NCBI RefSeq assembly: GCF_006345805.1
Contig: NC_042998.1
Coordinates: 135,346,001 to 135,410,000 of the forward strand
From: Octopus sinensis
Taxonomy: Eukaryota
Direction of reading: 5' to 3'
Length of the DNA: 64,000 nt
The translations under genes were made by a program, and so were the position numbers. The notes beneath the pieces are model-generated. The model searched no databases. It was not told the DNA's origin and saw only the letters and a list, made by a program, of their open reading frames with translations. Shown piece after piece: positions 1 to 12,370 of the stretch; position 1 is the stretch's first letter, and each line of letters begins with the position of its first letter.

Positions 1-390
1 CTGAAGTTGGCGGAAGGGGATTAGTCGATTACATCAACCTTAGTGTTTCACTGATACTTAATTTATCGACCCCGAAAAGATGAAAGGCAAAGTCGACATC
101 GGCGGAATTTGAACTCAGATCGTAAAAACGGACCAAATGCTAAGCATTTCGTCCGGCTAACGATTATTCCAGCTCGCCGCCTAAAAAATGCCTTCTGTTT
201 TGGGGACAGGGCCTGAAACCTTGTGGGAGAGGGCTAGTCGACTGCATCAACCTCAGTGCTTAACTAGTACTTATTTTATCAACCCTGAAATGATAAAAGC
301 CGAGTCGACATTAGTAGACTTCGAACTTAGAATGTAAAGAGCCGTAAGAAATACAGGTAAGCATTTTGTCCGGTGCGGTAATTATTCTGC
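1..390 (-). mobile_element. Two adjacent copies of tRNA-derived SINE family A (Meta-domain-like)
   Basis: Reverse complement of GCCTTTCATC(C)TTTCGGGGTCGATAAATTAAGTA, plus a tRNA-like head (GAGTTCAAATTCCGCCGA). The same family recurs throughout the window. The Meta-domain label is from recalled similarity. Confidence 0.75.
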
Positions 391-540
391 TATGTCTGAT
401 GTTCTGTTACCTGTTAAATTGCAAAAGTTAAAGGAATAGAAAGTTAAAGGAATAGAAAAACCAAATTGTTGACTTATAACAGGTTAACTAAATATATGGC
501 GACGCCAAAATGACACTAAAAAATAATACTATGATTTTGT

Positions 541-549
541 TGTGTACAG

Positions 550-592
<43 letters not shown>

Positions 593-728
593 GCTTCCTG
601 ATCAAATTCCTGCTTAAGGGAAGCAAAGATCATGCATACAGCACTGGCTCTGAATTCTATATAAAATTTGTAGAGATAATCTTAGAAATATACATACGTA
701 CATACATACATACATACAAAGGTTATAT

Positions 729-780
<52 letters not shown>

Positions 781-821
781 AAGGATTTGCGTGTGTATAT
801 ATGCATACAAACGATGCATAC

Positions 822-870
<49 letters not shown>

Positions 871-979
871 ATATATACATACCAAGAATACATACATACA
901 TACAACATACATACATACATACATACATACATACATACATACATACATACATACATACGTACATACCTATGTATATATA

Positions 980-1012
<33 letters not shown>

Positions 1013-1015
1013 CAG
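541..1015. repeat. Compound microsatellite block (CTAT)n, (TA)n, (CATA)n
   Basis: Directly visible; produces the YIYI and MYVC ORFs. Confidence 0.95.
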
Positions 1016-1707
1016 ATAGCTAGCAGCAAATCAAATCAACAAAGCCTTTTGTTTTGTTTCTACATCAAGGTTTAAACATAGTTGTCGGTGGTACACTAGT
1101 AGGCTCCTACTTCCTTACTGCTTCTGATTTAGAACAAAGAGGAATTTCTTTCCATTTTGCAAGAATTAATTAGTATATATTTAAAAATAGATTCACTTTT
1201 CGCTGGTCATTCGCCAAATAACCTACTACGGCCTGCAATGATTCAAACCAAACAACAGGTCACGTGTTTGGAAGCCAATGAGATTATGAATGTACGCAAT
1301 TTTCTATAAGAATTACATGTAGGTGATGTTATCAAATAAAATTAGACTGATTGCATACACACGCTCGCGCGTATTCACTTTACAGTCAGATGGTCAAGAA
1401 GTTTTCTTTGCAATCTCGAGGTTCCGGGATCGATCCAACTGCTTTGCAAATGTGCAAATGACAGTTTCAACACCTTCGAGTCGGTTTATTTCTTACTGAG
1501 TTGAAGGAAATTGCCCAGAAAGCCTGTCAGAGTGGATTGCACCTGTAATTCCCAAAGCCACCACCTTGCTACATCCTGTGTTATGCTAAATTATATTAAG
1601 GGTACACATGTCAGACACTTACACTCAAAATCAGAAGCAGGTAATTTAGTTGATTCAAGAAAAGAATTATCATTATCAAACGACGGAGATCCACCACCAC
1701 TATAAAT

Positions 1708-2167
1708 AAGCAAAAATGCTAGTTCTAAAATCTCTCTAAGAGATCAATTCAGTAGTTGTACTGAAAAGAAATATTCGTAGCCACTTTAACACGGCTGTCC
1801 GTTCGAGTGGACTCTACTGCGATTTTTTAACCGCAAGAGGACATCTCCTTTATCTGGTTAACGATGCACAGCTGCATCCGATAAAATTGCGAGGAGGGGA
1901 CCGAACCCCTATCATCTCCTAGCGACAGGACCAGTAGACCAGTCCTGGTTTCGGGCTATTTCTGCTTCTCCTCACTACTAGTCATCTCGTCTGCTAAAGA
2001 TGATAGCAGTTCGATTCTGCACGCAACATATATATTTCAAGTGGACACACAGTCGCTGATTTTGCTACAAGCAAAAATGTTAGTTCTAAAATCTCTCTAA
2101 GAGATCAACACAGTAGTTGTACTGACAAGTAATATTCGTAGCCTCTTTAACATGGCTGCCCGTTCGA
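1708..2167 (+). repeat. 99-bp direct repeat pair (1708-1806 and 2069-2167) around a 262-bp spacer
   Basis: Both copies run AAGCAAAAATG(C/T)TAGTTCTAAAATCTCTCTAAGAGATCAA...CCGTTCGA, with about 8 mismatches by manual alignment. Confidence 0.9.
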
Positions 2168-3011
2168 AAGAATATTACTTATTATACATATATATATATA
2201 GTGTAATAAATAAAATATATGCATACATACAAACATATATGTACGTACCTACATCTACATGTACATATACATGCATATATAACTATATATACGTGAGTAC
2301 AGGACATCACAACTAGACGTAGAACTCAACGAGAAACGAAAACGGAAAAACCATTGTTTTACAATATATATACACATACATACATATATATTATAATTTA
2401 GAACAAACAGTAAAAGTTTGTCATTATAGTACTCGGAGTTTCGAATGTCGGAGCGAAGAGCTACGATACATTCTCGTTGGTTATTAATGGCAACAGACGC
2501 TATGAAAAACTGTTGAATAAAAGGGAAGTTACTCTAATAGGTAGAAAAAGAAAAAAGATGAAAAATATGCGCAACCATGTTCTCACAATGCATAGACATA
2601 AACCTCCTGCATTCACAACGTCCACATACGTACACCTACAAACATGTATACGTACATGCACATATACATACGCAAACGTATACGTATGTACGTACTCATA
2701 CATACACACATAGCCACACATAAACGCACACACACGTGTGTGTGTGTGTGTATATATATATAATATATATTTATATATGTATATGTGTACGCAACCTCAT
2801 CCTCATATACCCATAGGTTCTTACATGCTTACACGTAACATAATATATATATTTAGACATTTATACGTATAAAAATACGTATATATACACAGACACACAT
2901 TCACACTCCCGCATATATACAAACATATGCACATCCGTATAAATGAAGGACGCGTGTGCATGAAAGTCGCACATATACACTGGACACAGTCTTACACTCA
3001 TATACATACAT

Positions 3012-3056
<45 letters not shown>

Positions 3057-3254
3057 AATATAACATATATACATACATATAAACACACGCACGTGCACAC
3101 ACACACAATTAAAAAAGCAAAGGGAAAAAAATGAAAAAAATATATTTGAAAATAAAACATAAAAAATAAAATATTAATGGAAGTTAAAACATATGGGAAA
3201 GCTTGTACAGGAACATAGTAGAAATGTGGATTCTAGCCGTGATCTGGAGTGGGG

Positions 3255-3587
3255 GACAAAACCGTAACAGGTATTTTGTGACGTATGGACATGCGCCCAA
3301 AAGTCCAGTTCTTGAATTTAAACATGTAGCGGGATCCAAGGAACTTTTCTAGTTGAGACGTCTTTCCATATTACAAAGACCGCACTTGCCACTACCGTTT
3401 GTATAAGGTTTACACTTGACTAAGATCTTCCAGTAAAACCTGTAGTTGACACTTTGTTCTTTTAAGAACCATATATAACTGGATAATTTGGTAGTTTTTC
3501 GTTTATTCTGGTGACTGAAGCTTAAGGTGTGACTGTTGAATCTTGCTTTGAAATTTCCCTCTGTGAGACCCACATATCCCTTGGATA

Positions 3588-3618
<31 letters not shown>

Positions 3619-4200
3619 CATACATACATACATACATACATACATACATACATACATACATACATACACACACACATACACACACACACACGCGCGCGCA
3701 CGCACACACACACACATGCACGCGCGCGCGCGCACACACATAGCATTCATGGAATTTAAGTGGACTCATAAATAATGGCCTCGGTCATACAGCCGCCATT
3801 TAGGGGGCACAAGTCTTTATCCCTGCAGGATCAGCCGGCGTCGTGTTGTTGTGTTGTATCGTATGTAATTATGCTTTTAAAGTTTGGGGTGGAACTAAAA
3901 CTAATTTTTAGGTTATGTCTGTTAAAGAGTTTTCTATATTTATGATGTATTGGAAAATGTCTATCTATAAGTGACAAGAAATATTTACCTATATTAAAGG
4001 TCACTTCGGGAGAATAAGGGGATGTGAACCAGTGTCTATGTTTCCTTTTTATTTCTGGTCTAATAGTAGGTGTTTAAGCTATTTCCTCTTTAAATTCACT
4101 AGCTTTAAATTGGATCAGGAATGCCTTAATGGAGAGAGAAATAATGTCGTAGTTTAGGCACCGGTGTAATGTTGCCTGAACAGGTGCACGGTGTACCACA
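3255..4200 (-). mobile_element. Penelope-like retroelement remnant (linker and GIY-YIG endonuclease), interrupted by a microsatellite at about 3586-3745
   Basis: Minus-strand peptides appear in the correct order: WFTSPYSPEVTFNIGKYFLSLIDRHFPIHHKYRKLFNRHNLKISFSSTPNFKSII, SCRDKDLCPLNGGCMTEAIIYEST, KGYVGLTEGNFKARFNSHTLSF...KLSSYIWFLKE...WKIL...KCGLCNMER, DPATCLNSRTGLLGACPYVTKYLL. These match the typical PLE C-terminus; stops and frameshifts are present. Confidence 0.85.
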
Positions 4201-4209
4201 AGTTAGGTG

Positions 4210-4330
4210 TCGAAGTAATAGCAGAGCAACATGAAATGCAGTGTTTTCTTCAAGAACACAACAGTCCAGGAATTGAAAGCAAATCTCGCGATCGTGAGTG
4301 TAACACCCTAACCAATAGGCCATGCACCCT
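4210..4330 (-). mobile_element. Degenerate tRNA-headed SINE (family C-like) fragment
   Basis: Reverse complement reads GCATGGCCTATTGGTTAGGGTGTTACACTCACGATCGCGAGATT..TTTCAATTCCTGGAC, an A-box/B-box-like head. Confidence 0.55.
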
Positions 4331-5727
4331 CATGATGTTATTTATATATTTATTAAAAATCCTCTTTTAATATATTTTTTTTCACACCTGATCCCCCTTA
4401 CGACGAGAAAATGAACCCACAGTGAATGCCGATTAGTGGAGATTTCAACACAGTTTTGACATCTTCGCTTACCGACCGACGTCATTCTACTACTTACGAA
4501 TTATCCATGCCAGACTAAACTTTCATTCCCGCCCCCCGGGTAAGAATGTTAATCATCCATTGATGTATATCTCTTAACTATTAACAGTGAAGTCATTTAC
4601 CCTAATTATTACATCTTATTATCTCACCTCCATGAAACAGAATATTTATGTAAACCACTCGCAGTATTTAATGACATAGAAAGGAAGAAAAGAAAGAAAG
4701 AAAGGTGTCTAATGTGGTATAAAACTACTGTGTTAGAATGTAGGAAGGGGTTCTGTTTTTCTTTTTATGTGTAAATATATACCTCTGTGAAGGATTTCTA
4801 TAAGCCGCAGAACAGTGGTTTCCAACTATTTGTTGCTCAGTTATCCCCATTCACCGAAGGGTTTTTTACAAACCACCGCATTCTCAAATATTCTCAAATT
4901 ATCTTAATCAGGCAGATAATCTAATTTTGCGCTGTGATATATTATTCGTGTTGTATCTTATCCATTTCGTTTGCAGCGTCCGACGTTAGTTCAAATATTC
5001 TGCACTGATAATTATATAAATCACATATTTTCTTATGTTACTCCTTTCAGTATTGCCACCCTTCACTTGTTTCTGAGATATTTGCGTAGATTAGAGCTCC
5101 CTATGTAATTTTTTTGGATATTACTAAAGACAGCAACGAAATAGTATCAAACTTCAGCGAATTATCAATCATGTTTCTGCTCACTGATAAAGCATAATAT
5201 CTTGCTTGTATTTTAATCCCAACAAAGGTTTTTTTTCGAATGCGCTTGAAATAAGAGTACCGTAACTAGTTAAAATATTTTCTAAGAAACATCAAGACTC
5301 TTCTAAATCCCTAACAATCTCTATCCCTTCATACGAGAGAACTATAGCTATGGCAAATTACTCCGGATTTAATAAAAACTAGTGAATTTGGAGTAAAAAA
5401 GTTTTTGATATATCCTTCACAGAAAAAAGATTATATAAGGCGACGCAGACTTGGCTGCCAGGTTGAGAAGTTTGTTTAGTAGTCACGTCGCTGCAGATTC
5501 GATCCTACTCTGCGATACTTTGATCAAACGTTTCTCATCTCGTTTTCTTAATGAATGTCTTGTAGACGGAAACTACGAGAAAACAAATCGTGAGTGTGCG
5601 TTTAAATACATACATACATACATACATACATACATACATACATACATACATACACGTGCGCGCCCGCACACATATGTTTGTGTGTGTGTGTGTGTTTGTA
5701 TGCAGGTATACGGGAGAATTCGTGATT

Positions 5728-6616
5728 GGGATCTTTTCATTTGAAGGCCAGATTTTCCTAGTTAACTAAACAATTCGAGCTCAAATTATTTACCTCTTCT
5801 TCTGTCTTCTACATGTGCTAGAAATAACAGCTATATCTCTTAAATCGATTAATTTCGTCGCCCAATAAAAATATTAACGATATTTTTTGAATATTTTCTT
5901 AATTTTTTTTTTACCGAAAAGGCTTCTCCCATGGTTTTGAAGGGCCAGAAACAACAAAAACAAAACAATAATATGCCTAAATCGGTCTCGAGTTTGCGCG
6001 TGGAGTGTGAGTAGTATTGTAAAAATTTGCGAAATTTTTTTCATAAAAGGATGCCCCCAGCTTGTCGGAAGCTGTGATATAAATTGGGAAAAAAATCCTC
6101 GACACCAGTGCGTAATTGGTACTTAATTTATCGACCCCGAAAACGATGAAACATTGACCCCCTCTGGTTTATTTACCTTTTGTGCAAATTTGTTGCGGCA
6201 AGTGGCAAAACACGAACGTGTAATGTATGCTTGTGTGCGTATGTGTGTGTATGTATATGTCCGTTTGTATGTGTGTGTACGCTTATATATTAATTATTAT
6301 GTGCTTGTGCAAATGTATATGCATGTGTTTGAGAGAGAGAGAGAGTGTGTATGTGTGTGTGTGTCGTGCGTCTGCTATATTTCTTTATCAATATCGATAA
6401 CGCAGCAATGCTGGGATTTCATTGGTTAAAATTCGAAGATGTTGGGATTTCATTGGTTAAAATTCTTAAAATTAAACTACGTTTAAGTTACGAATTACAA
6501 TTTTGTTTTCAATTTTGTTTACAATAATGTTTTCTTTTGACACATTCTACCAGTATACGAAGTTTCAAATTGTTTAGTTAACTAGGAAAATCTGGCCTTC
6601 AAAATGAAAAGATCCC
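5728..6616. mobile_element. Non-autonomous DNA transposon (MITE) with GGGATC... termini and a 6-bp TSD GTGATT
   Basis: Left end GGGATCTTTTCATTTGAAGGCCAGATTTTCCTAGTTAACTAAACAATT; right end AATTGTTTAGTTAACTAGGAAAATCTGGCCTTCAAAATGAAAAGATCCC; GTGATT at 5722-5727 and 6617-6622. Confidence 0.85.
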
Positions 6617-6769
6617 GTGATTGTGTAAATTGGTACAAATACATTTCAAGTAAGTTAAATCATCCACGGGAAGCAGTTTTCCAAAAGCGACGTAACTCAC
6701 TGTGTAATCTACCGTTCTATGAATATAGGTTGATATGATAGATATCAGACTAAGCATTAGGATCGATAT

Positions 6770-6938
6770 AGACAGAGGCTTGCTTCCCAACCACATGGTT
6801 CTGGGTTCACTCTCACTGCGTGTAACTTTGGGCAAGTGCCTTCTACTTTAGCCTCGAGCCGATCAAAGCCTCGTGAGTGAATTTGGTAGAAGGAATCTGA
6901 AGAAGCCTGAAGTAAATATGTGTGTGTATGTATGTGTT

Positions 6939-6976
<38 letters not shown>

Positions 6977-6995
6977 CGTGCGTGCGTGTGTGTTT

Positions 6996-7026
<31 letters not shown>

Positions 7027-7110
7027 CGTGCGTGTGTGCGTGTTTGTCCCCCATCACTACTTCACAATTGGTGTTTACGTCCCAGGTTATCCGTAATCAG
7101 AGATACCTAT
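6770..7110 (+). mobile_element. SINE family B (tRNA head, CORE-like segment, internal microsatellite, 3' module)
   Basis: CCAACCACATGGTTCTGGGTTCA...TTGGGCAAGTG...GCCTCGAGCCGATCAAAGCC, then (TG)n, then TTGTCCCCC...GGTGTTTACGTCCC. Confidence 0.8.
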
Positions 7111-7656
7111 GAATAAAGACATTCCTGTCATGGCCATCCCCGTGTGCATCAGTTAGTTACGCGGTGAATTAGCCGAGCCATTAGAGCGTCGAATAGAATT
7201 CCTCGCAGTATTTACTCCGATTTGTGTCCTGAGCTCAAATTCTACCGAGATGTACTTGCTTGACATCGTTTCGGGCCTGATAAAAAAGAAGACAACTAAT
7301 CTAGCGCTGTGGATTCGTGAAACTAAGATAATCGGATTAGGTGCCTAGCGGTATTTGCTCTTTGTGTTCTTGTCAACTACATCGTGTTTTTCATCCAGGT
7401 CTCGTACTGACAACACACTCAGTTTTTCCTTCCCGGAAAGTTGACCCTTAGTAAATTCGTCTTATCGTTCCGTATGTGTGCGTTTTTTTTTTACCTGATA
7501 ATGTCTTCTTATAAGTTTGTAAAAAGAGTTATTAGCCGCATCGATATTAGTATGTTGGAGTATCTGCGAAAACCACGGGCACATTAAATTCCGTCAGACT
7601 GAACTAATACAAAACTATCTAAGACCAGTGTGTCCTTTTTCAGAAAGGAAAAGTGC

Positions 7657-7688
<32 letters not shown>

Positions 7689-7720
7689 TGTATGTATGTA
7701 TGGTAGGGTATAATAATTTA

Positions 7721-7770
7721 TTCCTTCTGATGAACCGTCTGGACATCGGAGAAACCCTAGAGTAACGCTC
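7721..7770 (+). ncRNA. Degenerate type-I hammerhead-ribozyme-like motif
   Basis: CTGATGA-A-CCG(tctggacat)CGG-A-GAAA-CCCTAGAGTA; near-palindromic stem III (ACCCTAGAGT) ending in GUA; stem I poorly paired. Confidence 0.3.
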
Positions 7771-8680
7771 AGCTTAAATTTTATGCTTTAGAATAATTTT
7801 CTGGGTATCCTTTTAGAGAGTGAAAAATTTACAAGTTTATTTCCTTTATCATTTGTTTTTAGCTTTCCAAATCAGCTATAGTTTCCAATTTTAAATCATT
7901 TTATTCATTATAAACGAAATAAATGAATACCACAGGACCTCGATTAACAAAAACATTGTGGTCGAACGATTATTAAACAGGGAACGGAAGTAAATTCTAA
8001 GGTTTCACTAAATAAATTTAAAAACTTCTTCACAAATACAATGTCCTCCTATCATTGGAGGACATATGAATGCCAAAACTCTATTTTGAAAACATGTGCA
8101 TGCATATGTGCGCATTTGTCAATAGCTATATAAACACAGACCTTCAAACTGTAACTAGTTTGATAAGTGCCAACACGCGAAAAGACAAATTTATCGGGAC
8201 TGAAGATTATTTTTTTGTTACTCCATTTACAACGAGCGAGCCCCAACATTTTTGCATGACTCGCTAGAAATAGCAACCAAAGCTTAAAAAGTAGGAAACA
8301 AAATACGGTGGATAATATACTCAGTCATCCAAAGGCTGTTTGAATTTAAGTGACAAAATGGTAATGGTTAGAACGCTCTGGTCTGTCTGCTCATTGCTAG
8401 CTTGTCTCTAAATAACAAACTACCCCTTCTGGCGCGCATTATCATGTAATTTGCATAAATACCAACATCAACTACCTATACGTAAATATTTTGGGGGACT
8501 GCCTCGACAGCTTGTGAAGACGACTACGTGAGATACAGTGTATTCTTAGAACTATAGTTTTGAATTATATCTTTGACCGAAGAAAATTTCAAAATTTTCT
8601 CCATTTATTTTTTTCGCAGAAATCAAATAGGGAAGAAAATGGTGTTAAGATGTAGTCATTTATACCATCCACACACAGAA

Positions 8681-8734
<54 letters not shown>

Positions 8735-8740
<6 letters not shown>

Positions 8741-9060
8741 TAACGGGAAGCTTATGAAAATAGACAAAAGACGAAGGCAGGTTTACGGAAATAAACAAAA
8801 GACGAAGGCAGGTGGAATACAAACAAACAATTGTATTAGTATTGCGCTCAGGAAATATAATTAAAACAAGTCTTTAACGTTTCGAGCTTACGCTCTTCAA
8901 CAGAAAGATACACAGAGAAAAAACACAGAAAGAAGGAGAGAAAAAAAATATGCGTGCAGAAACTAGCGAATCAACATGGCGATCTGATTTCGGCCAGAAG
9001 TCAAAGATCAAACATGAGACGCAAGAGCGTACTGGTTTAATAAAGTATGTGATTGAGTAT
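8735..9060 (-). mobile_element. Penelope-type pseudo-LTR-like repeat carrying a hammerhead-like motif
   Basis: Internal duplication AAAAGACGAAGGCAGGT (two copies) and the motif ACGTTTCGAGCTTACGCTCTTCAACAG; the PLE link is inferred from the known association of minimal hammerheads with PLE repeats. Confidence 0.5.
8871..8908 (-). ncRNA. Minimal type-I hammerhead-ribozyme-like motif with a variant core
   Basis: Minus strand TCTTT CTGTTGA A GAGC-GTAA-GCTC GAAA C GTT AAAGA: 5-bp stem I, 4-bp stem II with a GNRA loop, palindromic AACGTT stem III. Confidence 0.55.
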
Positions 9061-9110
9061 TATCTGGTAATTGATATTTGATTTAGATATTTATCCATTT
9101 TCTTATCTTG

Positions 9111-9156
<46 letters not shown>

Positions 9157-9233
9157 TATAATATATATAGATATATTTATATATTATATGTATTATTATT
9201 ATTATTATTATTATTATCATTATTATTATTATT

Positions 9234-9302
<69 letters not shown>

Positions 9303-9315
9303 TATTATTATTATA

Positions 9316-9744
9316 CAGTAGAACCTCGCAGTACCATTATACCAGTGCACAACTGTACGAGTAATTTGCTGTACAAGCCGAAACTTGTGCGAATATTTGT
9401 CTTGAAGTACGAGCGGAGATCCGCAGTACGAGCACACTAATTGTCCCATCTCTAAGGTAATTCAGTTAATAAAACCAATTTACATATTTGTTTTGCATTC
9501 TCTTTTTTTTATAATCGTCATTTTACTTGTAACTACACCTTTTCTGTTTGAAAACCCATAAAAAAAATTATTTTTGAGTATTATTTGGGGTGCTGGAACG
9601 GATTAATTTTTTTTTAGTTAATCTCAATGGGGAAAATTGATTTGTAAAACGAGTAAATCGTAAAACGAGTAAATCGTAAAACGAGTAAATCGTAAAACGA
9701 GCTCGGCCATGGAACCAATTAAGTCGTACTGCGAGGTATCACTG
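9316..9744. mobile_element. Tc1/mariner (pogo/Tigger-like) MITE
   Basis: TA|CAGTAGAACCTCGCAGTAC ... GTACTGCGAGGTATCACTG|TA; contains about 3.5 copies of a 16-bp unit (GTAAAACGAGTAAATC) at about 9665-9710. Confidence 0.85.
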
Positions 9745-10258
9745 TATATTTAGCAGAAGTAACAGAGTGACTCAAGGTCCGAGAGTTTCGTGTGTTGGCA
9801 CTTATGAAACTAGTTACAGTTTGAAGGTCTGTGTTTATATAGCTATTGACAAATGCACACATATACATGCACATATGCATATATCTCTACGTTTGTGTTT
9901 GTACACCCCGCCCCTACTATTGACATCTGGTGTTGGTCTGTTTACGTCCCCCTTAACTTAGCGGTCTGACAAAAGAGGATCGATAGAATAAGTACAAAAC
10001 TTTAAAAAATAAGTGCTGGGGTTGAATTGTTCGACTAAACCATTTGAGGCGGTGCCCCAGTATGGCCGTAGTCCAGTGATGTGAAACAAATAAAAAGCAA
10101 AAGGTAAATGATAGGTAAAAGAATTGAAATATGCATATATCAGTGCATGTGTGTATATATATATGCATATCTATACATATGATTTATACTACATACATAA
10201 CATGCATAACATCATACATAACATACATACATATGTATATATACATACATATATATAC

Positions 10259-10402
<144 letters not shown>

Positions 10403-11076
10403 CACACGTAGGTGTATGTGTATGCCTTGTCGTATACATTTTGGCTATATTTTATGGTTTCACGATCAGAACGGTGCTTGTTATGCTTTTATTTGTTAGT
10501 TTGTTTTTAAGGCAAACTCCGCCACTCCTTATACGGTGGCTTTCACTTACACATCATCACGTTTATTTTCAAACAGTTTCTTGGAAAAATTACATCTCGA
10601 TAGCCGAATTCCTCTCTGTTTGGTCTGGGAGTACCGAACACGCCCGATCGCCATATTTGGTTGCGCCAGCTTCCTAGTGCGTTCTTAACAAGGATAGATA
10701 ACTACAAGTTTCTTAGTTAACAAATAGACGGCAGCACTATCGAAAGAACGAAGAACGAAAAGGAACGAAGACTTACGACGCGAAAAGACGGGAATTATAG
10801 CAGAACATTAAAAAAAAGTTTTGAGACACAACAAAATCTTTTATTTATTACTAGCATTTGTTCACACGTGCACATTCATGTAGATATGCAGAAAAGGGCA
10901 CCCAGGTGCATTTTCATATTGCACATAGTACACACATTTATATATGTATATATGGACGTATGTATGGTATGCCTGCATTTGTGCGTGTATGTATGTGTGT
11001 GTGTGAATATATATATATATATATACAGACGTATACATACATAGATATTTAAGAATGTGTTTGAATGCATCTATCC

Positions 11077-11149
<73 letters not shown>

Positions 11150-11172
11150 CATACTCATTTACATATTCAATC

Positions 11173-11215
<43 letters not shown>

Positions 11216-11386
11216 GGTGTGTTGTGTGTGTATGTGTATGTGTGTGTGTGCGTGTGTAAATACATATATGCATGCATACGTACATATATATATAAAATCA
11301 TAGACTTAGTTCAAACTTTGTCCTTTCAGAAGCACTTGGCATTTTCTCTTTTACTGATACATATACAGTCCTCCCCACTCTCTCTT

Positions 11387-11439
<53 letters not shown>

Positions 11440-11597
11440 ATTCATACTTTCTCACACACAACACCTACTAAGCATACTCTGCTACGAATCTCTTATATTC
11501 TTCAGTGATATTTTTACCATCAAGAGCGCAACAAGAAACATAATACCTATTAATAACCATTCTATTTCGAGTCACTTAACGAAATGATCAAATAATG

Positions 11598-12370
11598 AGC
11601 TGGTAGTGGTGGCGGTGGGGCAGGTGTGGTGCCGGTAGCGGTCATAATATGATGATGCTGATGGTGGTAGTGACGATATGGTGGTGGTGGTAATGATGTG
11701 ATGGTGATGGTGGTCTTAACGAAGGAAGTCGAAGTGATGATACTACTGATGATGGTTGTAGTAGTAGTGATGTGATTGTATTAATGATGATGGTGGTGGT
11801 GGTGGTGGTGTTGGTTCGGTTGGAGATGGCGATGGTGGTGATGGTGATAGCGGCGATGATGGTGATGGTGGAGATAGTGATAGTGGTCATGGAGGTACTG
11901 TTAGTAAAAGTGATGTGGTGATGGTGCTATTGTAGGTGGTGGTGATGGTGGTAGTGGTGATGGTGGTGGTGGTGGTAGTAGTAGTGGAAACGGTGGAGGC
12001 AGTGATGATGCCTATGAAAGTAGGTGGTGAGGACTGTGGTGGCAATGGCGGAGGCGGTAATGATGCAAATGAAGGTAGTGGTGATATTGATGATGGTAGT
12101 GGTGATGATGGTGGCGTTAACGAAGGTGATGAAGTGGATGATGATACCGATGGTGGCAGTGGGCGGTAGCAGTAATGAGGTCGAGGTGGTGATGGTGATG
12201 GTGAAGAAGATGATGTTGTTGATCGCTGTTGTGGTGGCGAAGTAATAATGATTGTGAGGGTTGAGGTATGGATGGTATACAGGTATCGTTGTAGTATGAT
12301 GTGGTAGATTATGCAGCAGTGGTGAAGGACGTGTGAGGTGGCTGTAGAGACGACATGAGAAACCATGGAT
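11598..12370. repeat. Degenerate (GGT/GAT/GTA)n trinucleotide low-complexity tract
   Basis: Directly visible; gives the His/Thr/Pro-rich and Val/Gly/Asp-rich spurious ORFs. Confidence 0.85.

Noticed and set aside
1601-1640. Start exon MSDTYTQNQKQ with donor CAG|GTAATT
   Set aside because: I could not chain it to downstream plus-strand candidates without hitting stops; too short to support alone
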